A DNA stretch of 64,000 nt from Pecten maximus. Its lineage: Eukaryota. Positions 1 to 12,200 of the stretch are shown piece after piece. Location of the stretch: the NCBI RefSeq assembly GCF_902652985.1, contig NC_047030.1, forward strand, positions 14,508,001 through 14,572,000. The letters are read 5' to 3'. How positions within the stretch are numbered: the stretch's first letter is position 1; each line of letters begins with the position of its first letter. The translations under genes were made by a program, and so were the position numbers. Under the pieces are notes generated by a model. It was not told the origin of the DNA. It saw only the letters and a program-made list of their open reading frames with translations, and did not search any database.

Positions 1-1133
1 CATCACTTTTAACAGCTATTAAAAGTTAAATTAAAAAAGAACAAAATTACCAGTAAAACTTTCAGCTTAATAGCTTCACTGAAAGTCACATGACCTAGTT
101 ATGTTATGTGACTTTGTTAGGTCATATGACTTCAGTAGGTCAAAAGATAAACTAGACATAGTCTATCATGAAAAAATGAAAAAAATACCATCACCAACAA
201 CGTTTTATCATTGTAAGTACAACAGTACGGAAATTTTGCTATGGATATCTTATGATGCTTTGACCTTTGACAAAGACAATATAATCCTTCCTTGTGATTC
301 TGATAAGATATACAAGAGACAGTTACGAAAAAACACCACCACCGATGCAGTTATATCATACTGTATATAACAATTCAGGTGTTAGGCTCTGGATAAAATA
401 TTATCTTATAATGCTTTAACCTTTGGGGCCTTTTGATAATGACCTTGGGATCAGAGACATAACATGTGATTCACTCGGTGACATTTTATCAAATAACATT
501 CAGCAGTTCTGGTGTAGATAATTATGTTAATACAAATGGATGGGAAAATGGCAATGTAACGTTTCAGCTTTCAAAACCCGAAGTGTTAAAATGTAAGGGA
601 TGAGTCTGGAGAAGAGATGTAATTAATAAATAAATTATATACTATATCAGAATTATCACAAAATTTCATCAGGATTAGACAAAATTTCCCTCTTGCACTC
701 AGTGACCCCTTATGGCTTCCTGATAATGCATCTTGTGTAATACAGGTATATCAAAAGACACATGTACATAAATTCTAAGAGCAAGTTGTTTTGGGTTTTT
801 TTTTTTCAAAATAAAATAAAAATATCTTTATATCTCAATTAGAAGGTAATGTAAGGAAAATTGGTTTTCTGTTGGAGTTATCTCCCTTTTACATACAATT
901 GTTAAGCACTGTTTTATCTCATTGGTTATCGGATGATTACTAATTAATGGTGGGATTGTATAGATTGAAAATGATTCCTAAATATACCTTGATTGATAAG
1001 AAAGATAATATACCATGTAAATGTGTTTGTATATAAAGATGATACAAAGTTTTAGAGCGAAATGTGCAATATGCAAATGAATGGAACCACTAGCTCGCCG
1101 AATAGCCTGGCACATAAATAGCCAGCTACAAAC

Positions 1134-2155
1134 TGTGATCGGGGGAGAATATGCCGCTGAAAAGTGGGCGTGATTCTAATTGAAACTGACAGGTTTCAAA
1201 CCCCGGTAGCTACGAAGGCTGAGTAAGTCTTTGTGGAGAGACTGAGAAGTCTCTCATGTAGCGTTTGGTGGTCGCTGAATAAGTGCCCATTAGTCGTGAG
1301 GTAGTGTGTTGTTGCGCTGTACGCGGCAGATGCACAAGGTTACAGTGCCGGGAGCACTCGTATTGCTGTGGGAAGCTGGTGCGCAAGTTTAACCACTACC
1401 AGGTTCCAGTGTCGGGAGCAATTGTATGGTTGGTGCGCTGAAGGAAGCTGGTGCGAGGTTCCACTGCCGGGAGCAATTGCATTGCTGTTGCGCAGGGCTG
1501 GATAAGCCAGTGCGCAAGGTAGACACTGGGAGCACTTGCATTACTACTGCGCTTCATAAGCTGGTGCGCAGGTAGCCGGTGCGCTGTGCAAGCACTTGTA
1601 ATAGGCGTGCTTGATCTAGCATTGCCTGTTCCCGAGGTAGCCGGCGTGCATGATTGGTCATTGCCGGCGCGCACGACAGCCACGGCTGGTACCAGTGCAT
1701 GGCGAGAGCACATGCGTTAGGCATTTGTGGGCGTCAATACCTACTATAGTTATATTTGTATGGTAGTTTTAGAGGTTCCGTGGCAAGCAGCACGGCCGTT
1801 TTATCTGTTCTTATATGTCACATATAGATTAATCATTTGTAAATATTGCCGATTATATTCCGATTGAGAGTAGATTAGACAAGTGCGCTTAAGGCACAGC
1901 GTATCCCAGAGGACACTTGGGACGGACCAGGTGCACGTTACAGTAACTATGAGTTCTAATGAAAAAATTAAGGAACAAAACAATGTTTTATATTATCGAC
2001 ATAACTTTGCATCAATATTACGTTTTAAAGTTGTTAACTATGAGACATTAATAAGAGACTTTTTATGTCGGATACTGTTTTACAATAATAAGAACATTTA
2101 ATACAACCTGAAGTTCATACCTGTTCTGTACAATACTTGTGAATGACCGACAACA
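1134..2155. mobile_element. Unclassified GC-rich interspersed repeat, possibly a solo LTR
   Basis: GC-rich block with recurring agctggtgcgc motifs; TG...CAACA ends are possible; no target-site duplication (TSD) found. Confidence 0.25.
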
Positions 2156-2374
2156 TATTACATTGATCTGGCCTTTCTTTTTAACACAATAAGTACATGG
2201 TACTGATATGATTTATTGATAACTGTCAAACATCTAATGGACAACTGTACGGACACTAAACCAACAGATCAGTCAATGTTATACTCAATGGCTGTTTCTA
2301 AAGTTTTTGTAAACATTGTATAGGTACCATGTACGATTTATGCCGGTCTCTTTCAGCATAATAAAATATTAGTA

Positions 2375-2558
2375 GAATTATTCCCCTACCTCGATGAGTG
2401 ACAAACAAATCTCCAACCCAAGGAGGTATGCTTTGTAGACTAAACCCAAGGCTCTGACCTTTAACCCGTTGCTCTGCCAAGGTTTAGAGGGTCAAGAATA
2501 CCACCCTGAGGGTTGGAGATTTCTGTCATGTCCTCAACGTAGGGGGTGATTATTTTCC
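2375..2558. mobile_element. Small degenerate MITE-like foldback
   Basis: cccctac...aaatctccaaccc is inverted against gggttggagattt...gtagggg. Confidence 0.4.
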
Positions 2559-2604
2559 AACCATCATTCTATTTCATTTACACTAGATGGCAGAGATTTT
2601 ATAC

Positions 2605-3945
2605 TCTAGGGGGGTAACAGAGAAATCATACCCTAGGGGTGACAGAGAAATCATACCCTAGGGGTGACAGAGAAAGCATACCCTAGGGGGTGACAGAGAA
2701 ATCATAGCCTAGGGGGTAACAGAGAAATCATACCCTAGGGGTGACAGAGAAAGCATACCCTAGGGGGTGACAGAGAAATCATACCCTAGGGGTGACATAG
2801 AAATCATACTCTAGGGGTGACAGAGAAATCATACCCTAGGGGTGACAGAGAAATCATAGCCTAGGGGGTGACAGAGAAGTCATAGCCTAGGGAGTGACAG
2901 AGAAATCATAGCCTAGGGGGTGACAGAGAAATCATAGCCTAGGGAGTGACAGAGAAATCATAGCCTAGGGGGTGACAGAGAAATCATAGCCTAGGGGGTG
3001 ACAGAGAAGTCATACCCTAGGGAGTGACAGAGAAATCATAGCCTAGGGGGTGACAGAGAAATCATAGCCTAGGGGGTGACAGAGAAATCATACCCTAGGG
3101 GGTGACAGAAATCATACCCTAGGGGTGACAGAGAAATCATAGCCTAGGATGTGACAGAGAAGTCATAGCCTAGGGAGTGACAGAGAAATCATAGCCTAGG
3201 GGGTGACAGAGAAGTCATAGCCTAGGGAGTGACAGAGAAATCATAGCCTAGGAGGTGACAGAGAAGTCATACCCTAGGGAGTGACAGAGAAATCATAGCC
3301 TAGGGGGTGACAGAGAAATCATACCCTAGGGGGTGACAGAAATCATACCCTAGGGGTGACAGAGAAATCATAGCCTAGGAGGTGACAGAGAAGTCATAGC
3401 CTAGGGAGTGACAGAGAAATCATAGCCTAGGGGGTGACAGAGAAGTCATAGCCTAGGGAGTGACAGAGAAATCATAGCCTAGGGGGTGACAGAGAAATCA
3501 TAGCCTAGGGAGTGACAGAGAAATCATAGCCTAGGGAGTGACAGAGAAATCATAGCCTAGGGGGTGACAGAGAAGTCATAGCCTAGGGAGTGACAGAGAA
3601 ATCATAGCCTAGGGGGTAACAGAGAAGTCATAGCCTAGGGAGTGACAGAGAAATCATAGCCTAGGGGGTGACAGAGAAATCATACCCTAGGGGGTGACAG
3701 AGAAGTCATAGCCTAGGGAGTGACAGAGAAATCATAGCCTAGGGGGTGACAGAGAAGTCATAGCCTAGGGAGTGACAGAGAAATCATAGCCTAGGGGGTG
3801 ACAGAGAAGTCATAGCCTAGGGAGTGACAGAGAAATCATAGCCTAGGGGGTGACAGAGAAATCATACCCTAGGGGGTGACAGAAGTCATAGCCTAGGGGG
3901 TGACAGAGAAATCATACCCTAGGGGGTGACAGAGAAATCATTAGA
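2605..3945. repeat. Minisatellite, ~26-bp unit (ctagggggtgacagagaaatcatagc)
   Basis: About 50 direct tandem copies. Confidence 0.95.
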
Positions 3946-4938
3946 TATACCTGAGAGGGTCACAGAGAAATCCAAGAGGAGATAAATCTGTAAATGATGG
4001 GAGAAAGGTGAATCAGGGAATGTCTTACATGGAATGATAATCTTACATGGGCCTGTTCTGTTGATAGGGATATCAGTGTAAGAGTTTGGCTGGTCAGCAT
4101 GAGGCTTGCCAACATGAGAGATGAAATATCACTGTCCACGATATAGGCTCCCTTTGATTATGTTTCTCACATACTGTGCTTAAAAATCTTTGTATCTTTG
4201 TGAATCGCGCTATTCTGAAAAGGTGCATCAAAATTGATGATTTTATTGGTGTGGGTACGCTACATAAAATGAGGGCGTTATGCTATTGTAAGTGGCGTCA
4301 TAGCGTGTGCCAGTTGTCGTTCCTGTAAGACTGATTTATTCTATCCCTAGCAACCAGAGTATGAGAGAAAATGTCTATTCACTCTAAATGGGATGACATT
4401 TGATACAAACTGAAGTCAATCAAGCTGAACATAACTGTGGCAGGTTCTAGTTGTACAAAGGAATAAGCCACATTTTAGGTTTGCACTTAAAAGAAATTTC
4501 ATTTTCATTTTTAACTAGAAAGTTGAAGGTGGAAAGGTCAATTCTGGATGGAAAAAGAACATTGGCCTTACAGGTAAGTTACCTGGTACTTTGATGAAAA
4601 CTTGTATGTGTATACAGGGTTTCATCTACGGTATTTAACTTTTACGGTAAATGTAACATGTAGTAATATCTCACATGTCCCTCTTCTCACAGTCCAGCTG
4701 ATGGTAATTTGTAGAGAAGCTTCAGAATCTGAAATGTGTGTTTGGATGGCAATACAAGGGATGATTGATATGTCGTGAGCCTTGTATTTAAGGAGATCCT
4801 CAAGTATGGCCATGTACCTAAGGACTGGTCTCATTTGGTTAGTTAATATCGACAAGGTAGCACTTTAAAGTAAACAAAACACAAGAGGCTTTTGCAAAAT
4901 GGACAAAATTGGTTAGGGTTAGGGTAAGGGTAAGGGTG

Positions 4939-5265
4939 AGAGAGTCTGTCATTGCCATGGCTGCTATTCACGATTGCAGCTTTAAATTGATTGAGCATCC
5001 ACCTTATTCACCTGATCTCGCTCCATCAGACTTTCATCTATTTCCAAAACTGAAAACAGCTATTTCAGGCACCCTTACCCTAACCCTAACATGTAGTGGA
5101 TGACTTTCTGAACAGCCAAGAATTGTGGCACTGACGCCCTTAAACACCTGGCAAAAGTGTATAGATACTGAAAGGGATTATGTTGAAAATCAATACAATA
5201 TGTAAAAATATGTAAAATTCAAAACCTTCAATATAAGGCTTGCAATATATCAATCAGCCCTCATA
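4939..5265 (+). mobile_element. Mariner transposase 3' remnant with right terminal inverted repeat (TIR)
   Basis: HPPYSPDLAPSDFHLF motif, degenerate WQKCI..GDYVE tail, and TIR-like aatatatcaatcagccctca followed by TA. Confidence 0.8.
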
Positions 5266-5929
5266 AGTATTTGCCAGGATTGGATACAAAAACAAATGTA
5301 CTTAGATACAAATTAAACTCAACCACTAGCTAAACAGGAAAAACTTTAACATTGTAAAATTTAACAACAGTCCAGTTATACTAATTAACAGTAATTAGTG
5401 AAAGAAATTCAGAATCTGAAATGTGTGTTGGGATGACTACCCATAGATATAAGTATATTCAAAATACATGAACTTAGAGAGAAACTATAAGCTCAACTCC
5501 CAGCTAAACAGCAAAACTTTTACATTCATTTGATATTACCCCATTAGCAAAGTCCATATAATCATAATGAAAATCATGTGCTGCGACACCCTTGCTTAAA
5601 TATATATATATCAACTAGTATAAACATGTTTAGTGATAATTTTGTAATTTTTTGGTAATTAATGAACAACTTTAGTTTGTAACATAAATGATGCTGCTAT
5701 CGACAGAAAAGCAAAAAAATATGTCTTACTCTGATTCCATCTCACATGAGACAAATATCATACTGAGTAAATTCAACTGGAGGTAAAAATATATTTCTAT
5801 GAAAGGGAAGGGAAGGGGGATAAAGGGAAAACTGTTCCCTTTATACAGTATGCTCTATAAGATGTTTCATTCTTCATTCATTACGGTAATATTGACTTTC
5901 CTCAGGAACTAGCATGCTCAATGTTTGCC

Positions 5930-6050
5930 ATTTTTCTTCTCTCCTGTTAAATGTTTTTTTGATGTATTTTTCTCTCTCCTGTTAAATGTTTTTGATGTAT
6001 TTTTCTCTCTCCTGTTAAATGTTTTTGGATGTATTTTTCTCTCTCCTGTT
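5930..6050. repeat. Short tandem repeat (~31 bp, 3-4 copies) in the SDR 3' UTR
   Basis: tttttctctctcctgttaaatgttttttgatgta repeated. Confidence 0.85.
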
Positions 6051-6097
6051 CTTCATATCACAGTCTCAACATAATCACACACCTCACTGACCAGGCG

Positions 6098-6209
6098 CTA
6101 ACTTGACTTGACCTTTGAGGGCGAAGACCTCGGAGACATAAAGTTGTCCATTGCTGTATCTGTACCCAGGAACTTGTAAACAGGCAATAAAACACTCTGG
6201 GGGAAAATT
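6098..6209 (-). CDS. SDR exon 6 (IFPQSVL...FLGTDTAMDNF...stop)
   Basis: Acceptor CAG; TAG stop at 6100-6098; SDR16C-like C-terminus. Confidence 0.85.
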
Positions 6210-9200
6210 CTGAAATGAAAAGGAAAGACATATATATCTTATTTACAAAAGATTATTTTTATCACCATGTACAGTACATTTCCTATGTATATACCTCTTT
6301 TCAATTTCCTGTATCTATATACCAAACTTATTTCCACCTCAAAATATTCAAAGTATGGAAATCTGTATAAGAATAAACTGTTACTGACAGTCTAATCAGT
6401 GTCTAATCAGGTCATGACAATCAAACTATTATGGATAATCCTGAAAATTTTCACTTATTTGTTGAAATGAAAACCAAAGAAAACACAACCCTGTTCCCAT
6501 TGATAGGACTGTTTAACCATATGTGTCACAATACTGAGCCACACATTACAAGACTGATAATCCAACCCTCCACAACTCAGCAACATTAGTGACTTCTAAT
6601 GTACAGAAAATCTCAACTGGCCCCTGTGGTACTTTATTGACCCACAAGATGCAAGGCTGACCTCTGTGGTACATTATTGACCCCTAAGATACAAGGCTGA
6701 CCTGTGGTACATTATTGAACCCACAAGATACAAGGCTGACCTCTGTGTTACATATTGACCCCTAGATACAAGGCTGACCTCTGTGGTACATTATTGACCC
6801 ACAAGATACAAGGCTGACCTCTGTGGTACATTATTGACCACAAGATACAAGGCTGCCTTTGTGGTACATTATTGACCCACAAGATACAAGGCTGACCTCT
6901 GTGGTACATTATTGACCCACAAGATACAAGGCTGGCCTCTGTGGTACATTATTGACCCACAAGATACAAGGCTGACCTCTGTGGTACATTATTGACCCAC
7001 AAGATACAAGGCTGACCTCTGTGGTACATTATTGACCCACTAAGATACAAGGCTGACCTCTGTGGTACATTATTGACCCACAAGATACAAGGCTGACCTC
7101 TGTGGTACATTATTGACCCCTAAGATACAAGGCTGGCCTCTGTGGTACATTATTGACCCACAAGATACAAGGCTGACCTCTGTGGTACATTATTGACCCC
7201 TAAGATACAAGGCTGACCTCTGTGGTACATTATTGACCCACAAGATACAAGGCTGGCCTCTGTGGTACATTATTGACCCCTAAGATACAAGGCTGACCTC
7301 TGTGGTACATTATTGACCCCTAAGATACAAGGCTGACCTCTGTGGTACATTATTGACCCACAAGATACAAGGCTGACCTCTGTGGTACATTATTGACCCC
7401 TAAGATACAAGGCTGACCTCTGTGGTACATTATTGACCCACAAGATACAAGGCTTGCCTCTGTGGTACATTATTGACCCCTAAGATACAAGGCTGACCTC
7501 TGTGGTACATAATTGACCAACAAGATACAAGGCTGACCTCTGTGGTACATTATTGACCCACAAGATACAAGGCTGGCCTCTGTGGTACATTATTGACCCA
7601 CAAGATACAAGGCTTGCCTCTGTGGTACATTATTGACCCCTAAGATACAAGGCTGACCTCTGTGGTACATAATTGACCCACAAGATACAAGGCTGACCTC
7701 TGTGGTACATAATTGACCCACAAGATACAAGGCTGGCCTCTGTGGTACATTATTGACCCACAAGATACAAGGCTTGCCTCTGTGGTACATTATTGACCCA
7801 CAAGATACAAGGCTGACCTCTGTGGTACATAATTGACCCACAAGATACAAGGCTGGCCTCTGTGGTACATTATTGACCCACAAGATACAAGGCTGGCCTC
7901 TGTGGTACATTATTGACCCACAAGATACAAGGCTGGCCTCTGTGTTACATTATTGACCCACAAGATACAAGGCTAGCCTCTGTGGTACATTATTGACCCA
8001 CAAGGTACAAGACTTGCCTCTGTGGTACATTATTGACCTACAAGATACAAGGCTGGCCTCTGTGGTACATTATTGACCCACAAGATACAAGGCTTGCCTC
8101 TGTGGTACATTATTGACCTACAAGATACAAGGCTGGCCTCTGTGGTACATTATTGACCCCTAAGATACAAGGCTGACCTTTGTGGTACATTATTGACCCA
8201 CAAGATACAAGGCTGACCTCTGTGGTACATTATTGACACCTAAGGTCACAGGACTAACCTCTGAGCTAGGATGATGATATACATGATCCGTGGCATAATG
8301 ATGTATGATGTGTTAGTAAGTATGGCTTGTACAGTCCGCTCCGCTACATATGTCTCAGATAAGGAAGGAATCAGTCTAGGAAATCTGTAAGGAAAGGACA
8401 GACACATATGTCTCTGAACATTCAGTTACGTAATGCAGAAGTATTTGAGTGAAATATTTCATCTGGACAAATGTTCCGAACATTTTTTTCACAAATTTGA
8501 ACAATAACTTCACAGATCTGTGCATACAAGTCACATGACACAGGTACACAGGGTTTAGATAATTATAAGCTCAGCATAAAAAATTCTCTGATTTAACAAC
8601 TTTTAGAATGTCTTTCATGGGAAATTATATAAGAAAAATTTGAAATAAGATTTAGAGCTGAAATTCCACATACTTAGGTATGATACATATATAAATTTTT
8701 ATTTCACTACAGTTTGGAAACACATTATGTCAAGCATGCTGGGTATTGCTAAAGAAATACATGACCTCTACCTGCCCCCATTAAACGTAATATGTGACCT
8801 TGACCCAAAAACCCTGAAACTCGATCTTGATCTGTAGCTACTCATTCTGAAGCTACATGCAATCTTTCACCAACATACCTTAAAGCATGGCTTAGAAAAG
8901 TGCGGAAAATGTGGACTGGCGGACAGAAGGACGGGGAGGAAACATTCAGCCCCCCCCCCCCCCCCCCAGTTTCACCTGTAGCGGACTTACAATTTGAATC
9001 ACTCTTGTTTGCTCTGAAGGAAGTGTGCGAGGGGTCTTAGTGTGGAAGGAAGCCAGAGAAAAGCAATGTGATGGGCATATTACCTCCATACCTTCTCATG
9101 TCCGATCGGGGAATAAAACCTAATGTTATACATACCTGAGCTTCATTGATGAGAACATGTCGTTAGTCACCAGGTATGGATGTATAGATGTGATAAAGAT

Positions 9201-12200
9201 GTTTGAGTACTCCTCAATCTCCCAGTAGAGGGCCTCTGAAAGCCCAGTTGTGGAAAACTTGGAGCTGCAGTAGTCCGACAGGCCAGCCATACTCATCATA
9301 CTTAATACAGAACTCATTGTTACAATGTGGCCCTTACCTCTGTCTATCATATCTGGTAGGAATGCTTTGAGTGTCTGAAAAACACAAATAACACCAGATA
9401 TCACTTATATTCTCACACATCATCTGGTAAAAACTTAATTTCAATACATGAAAATTGACATATTGGTTCAACATCTGATATAAGTTTTAAATGCATCCCA
9501 AATAAATATGTAGTTTGAAAATCATAACTAAAATACATCATATACATATATATATCTATATCTCAATTGACTCTATGTTTAAATGTGCTACTGCAATAAA
9601 TATATCTGAATTACAGTACCATATTTCAATCTGTACTATGCCCAGGGTGCCAACACAAACTTTGAATCAGCATTTTTATTGAAATGCCATGGACAGGGCT
9701 TGTTTGTTTGTTTTGGTTTAACGTCCTATTAACAGCCAGGGTCATTTAAGGACGTGCCAGGTTTTGGAAGTGGAGGTAAGCCGGAGTACCAGAAGAAAAA
9801 CCACCGACCTCTGCCAGTACCTGGCAACTACCCACATAGGTTTCGAACTCGCAACCCAGAAGGTGGAGGGCTAGTGATAAAGTATTGAAATACCTTGACC
9901 ACTCGTCGCCCCCCCCCCCCATGGATAGGGATGGGCCTATTACCAAACATGGGCTTACTGTGAGATAAATATCAGGTCAATACAATATTGAGTACCATGT
10001 CAAGGTATGATCATCAGAGTAGCAACATCAGAAATTTGCTAGGGACTGTCTGCAGAACATGGGAACATTACAAATTGTTAATGAAGTTTATTTTTCCTAA
10101 TGAATCACCAAAATCTCAAAATTTTTATCTCTTTTTTATGTGATAACATGAAATTCAGGAATTCATTTCCATCCTTATTTTAGTTTTGCTGCACAAAAAA
10201 AAATCCCAATTATCTCCAGGTGGCAATTCCCCAAAATAGTCAGAAAACACACACACACACCATTCCAGGGAGCCAGATGGGCAGGAAAAAGACGGAGTCT
10301 ATTCAAGGGAGCCAGACAGACAGGAAAAACATGGAGTCTATTCAAGGGAGCCAGACAGACAGGAAAAACATGGGGTCTATTCCAGGGAGCCAGACAGACA
10401 GGAAAAACATGAGGTCTATTCCAGGGGGCCAGACAGACAGGAAAAACATGGAGTCTATTCCAGGGAGCCAGACAGACAGGAAAAAGATGGAGTCTATTCA
10501 AGGGAGCCAGACAGACAGGAAAAACATGGAGTCTATTCCAGGGAGCCAGACAGACAGAAAAACATGGAGTCTATTCCAGGGAGCCAGACAGACAGGAAAA
10601 ACATGGAGTCTATTCCAGGGAGCCAGACAGACAGGAAAAAGACGGAGTCTATTCCAGGGAGCCAGATGGGAAGGAAAAAGACAGAGTTTATTCAAGGGAG
10701 CCATATGGCCAGGAAAAACATGGAGTCTATTCAAGGGAGCCAGATGGGCAGGAAAAAGACGGAGTCTATTCAAGGGAGCCAGATGGCCAGGAAAGACATG
10801 GAGTCTATCCCAGGGAGCCAGACAGACAGGAAAAACATGAGGTCTATTCCAGGGGGCCAGACAGACAGGAAAAACATGGAGTCTATTCCAGGGAGCCAGA
10901 CAGACAGGAAAAAGATGGAGTCTATTCAAGGGAGCCAGACAGACAGGAAAAACATGGAGTCTATTCCAGGGAGCCAGACAGACAGGAAAAACATGGAGTC
11001 TATTCCAGGGAGCCAGACAGACAGGAAAAAGAAGGAGTCTATTCCAGGGGGCCAGATGGGCAGGAAAAACATGGAGTCTATTCCAGGGAGCCAGATGGGC
11101 AGGAAAAACATGGAGTCTATTCAAGGGAGCCAGATGGGCAGGAAAAACATGGAGTCTATTCAAGGGAGCCAGACAGACAGGAAAAACATGGAGTCTATTC
11201 CAGGGAGCCAGACAGACAGGAAAAAGAAGGAGTCTATTCCAGGGAGCCAGATGACCAGGAAAAAGAAGGAGTCTATTCCAGGGAGCCAGATGGGCAGGAA
11301 AAACATGGAGTCTATTCAAGGAAGCCAGACAGACAGGAAAAACATGGAGTCTATTCCAGGGAGCTAGACAGACAGGAAAAACATGGAGTACATTTCAGGG
11401 AGCCAGGCAAACAGGAAAAACATGGAGTCTATTCCAGGGGGCCAGATGACCAGGAAAAAGAGGGAGTCTATTCCAGAGAGCCAGATGGGCAGGAAAAACA
11501 TGGAATCTATTCCAGGGAGCCATATGGGCAGGAAAAACATGGAGCTTATTCACGGGAGCCAGATGGCCAGGAAAGACATGGAGTCTATTCAAGGGAGCCA
11601 GATGGGCAGGAAAAAGAAGGAGTCTATTCCAGGGAGCCAGATGGGCAGGAAAAAGAAGGAGTCTATTCAAGGGAGCCAGATGGGCAGGAAAAAGAAGGAG
11701 TCTATTCAAGGGAGCCAGATGGGCAGGACCTAATTAAGTGAGTAAACAACCGAAGGTTTGATATACTTCTATCTACTAACCCATATGTGAGCCAGGCTGT
11801 TGACAGCAAATGTAGCGTCCAACTCCTCATCAATGCTGTCCACAATTTTGCGTCCTGTCACCATTCCTGCATTATTGACCAGAATTGACACAGGGCCTAT
11901 GGTGTCTTTGATCTCCTGTGCCTGAAATACAATAAGAGTTTTGTAAAAGTTGAGGAAATTTATAAACTTTATTGAGTAGATTGTATGGTGACTGTCTATT
12001 TACAAGTTATCACTGTTTTGTTCGATATACCGGCTGTTTATACTATTCGGAACTCCTTAGTCATTTGACAGTGAAACTATTCCGAGTACAGGTAATTTGC
12101 CGCGAATATTGCACATGCGGAATGCCGTGGTTGTCTATATAAGCCAGTACACCTGTGTAGTTCGTCAGTCAGATGGAAAGTCTTTATAAAAATCCAAGAG

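Noticed and set aside
10175-11733. Long repetitive ORFs (MESIPGSQTDRKN / NRLHVFPVCLAPW) as a structural protein
   Set aside because: They arise from a 39-bp minisatellite in SDR intron 3, are open on both strands, are broken by a frameshift and a stop, and have no unique flanking coding sequence.
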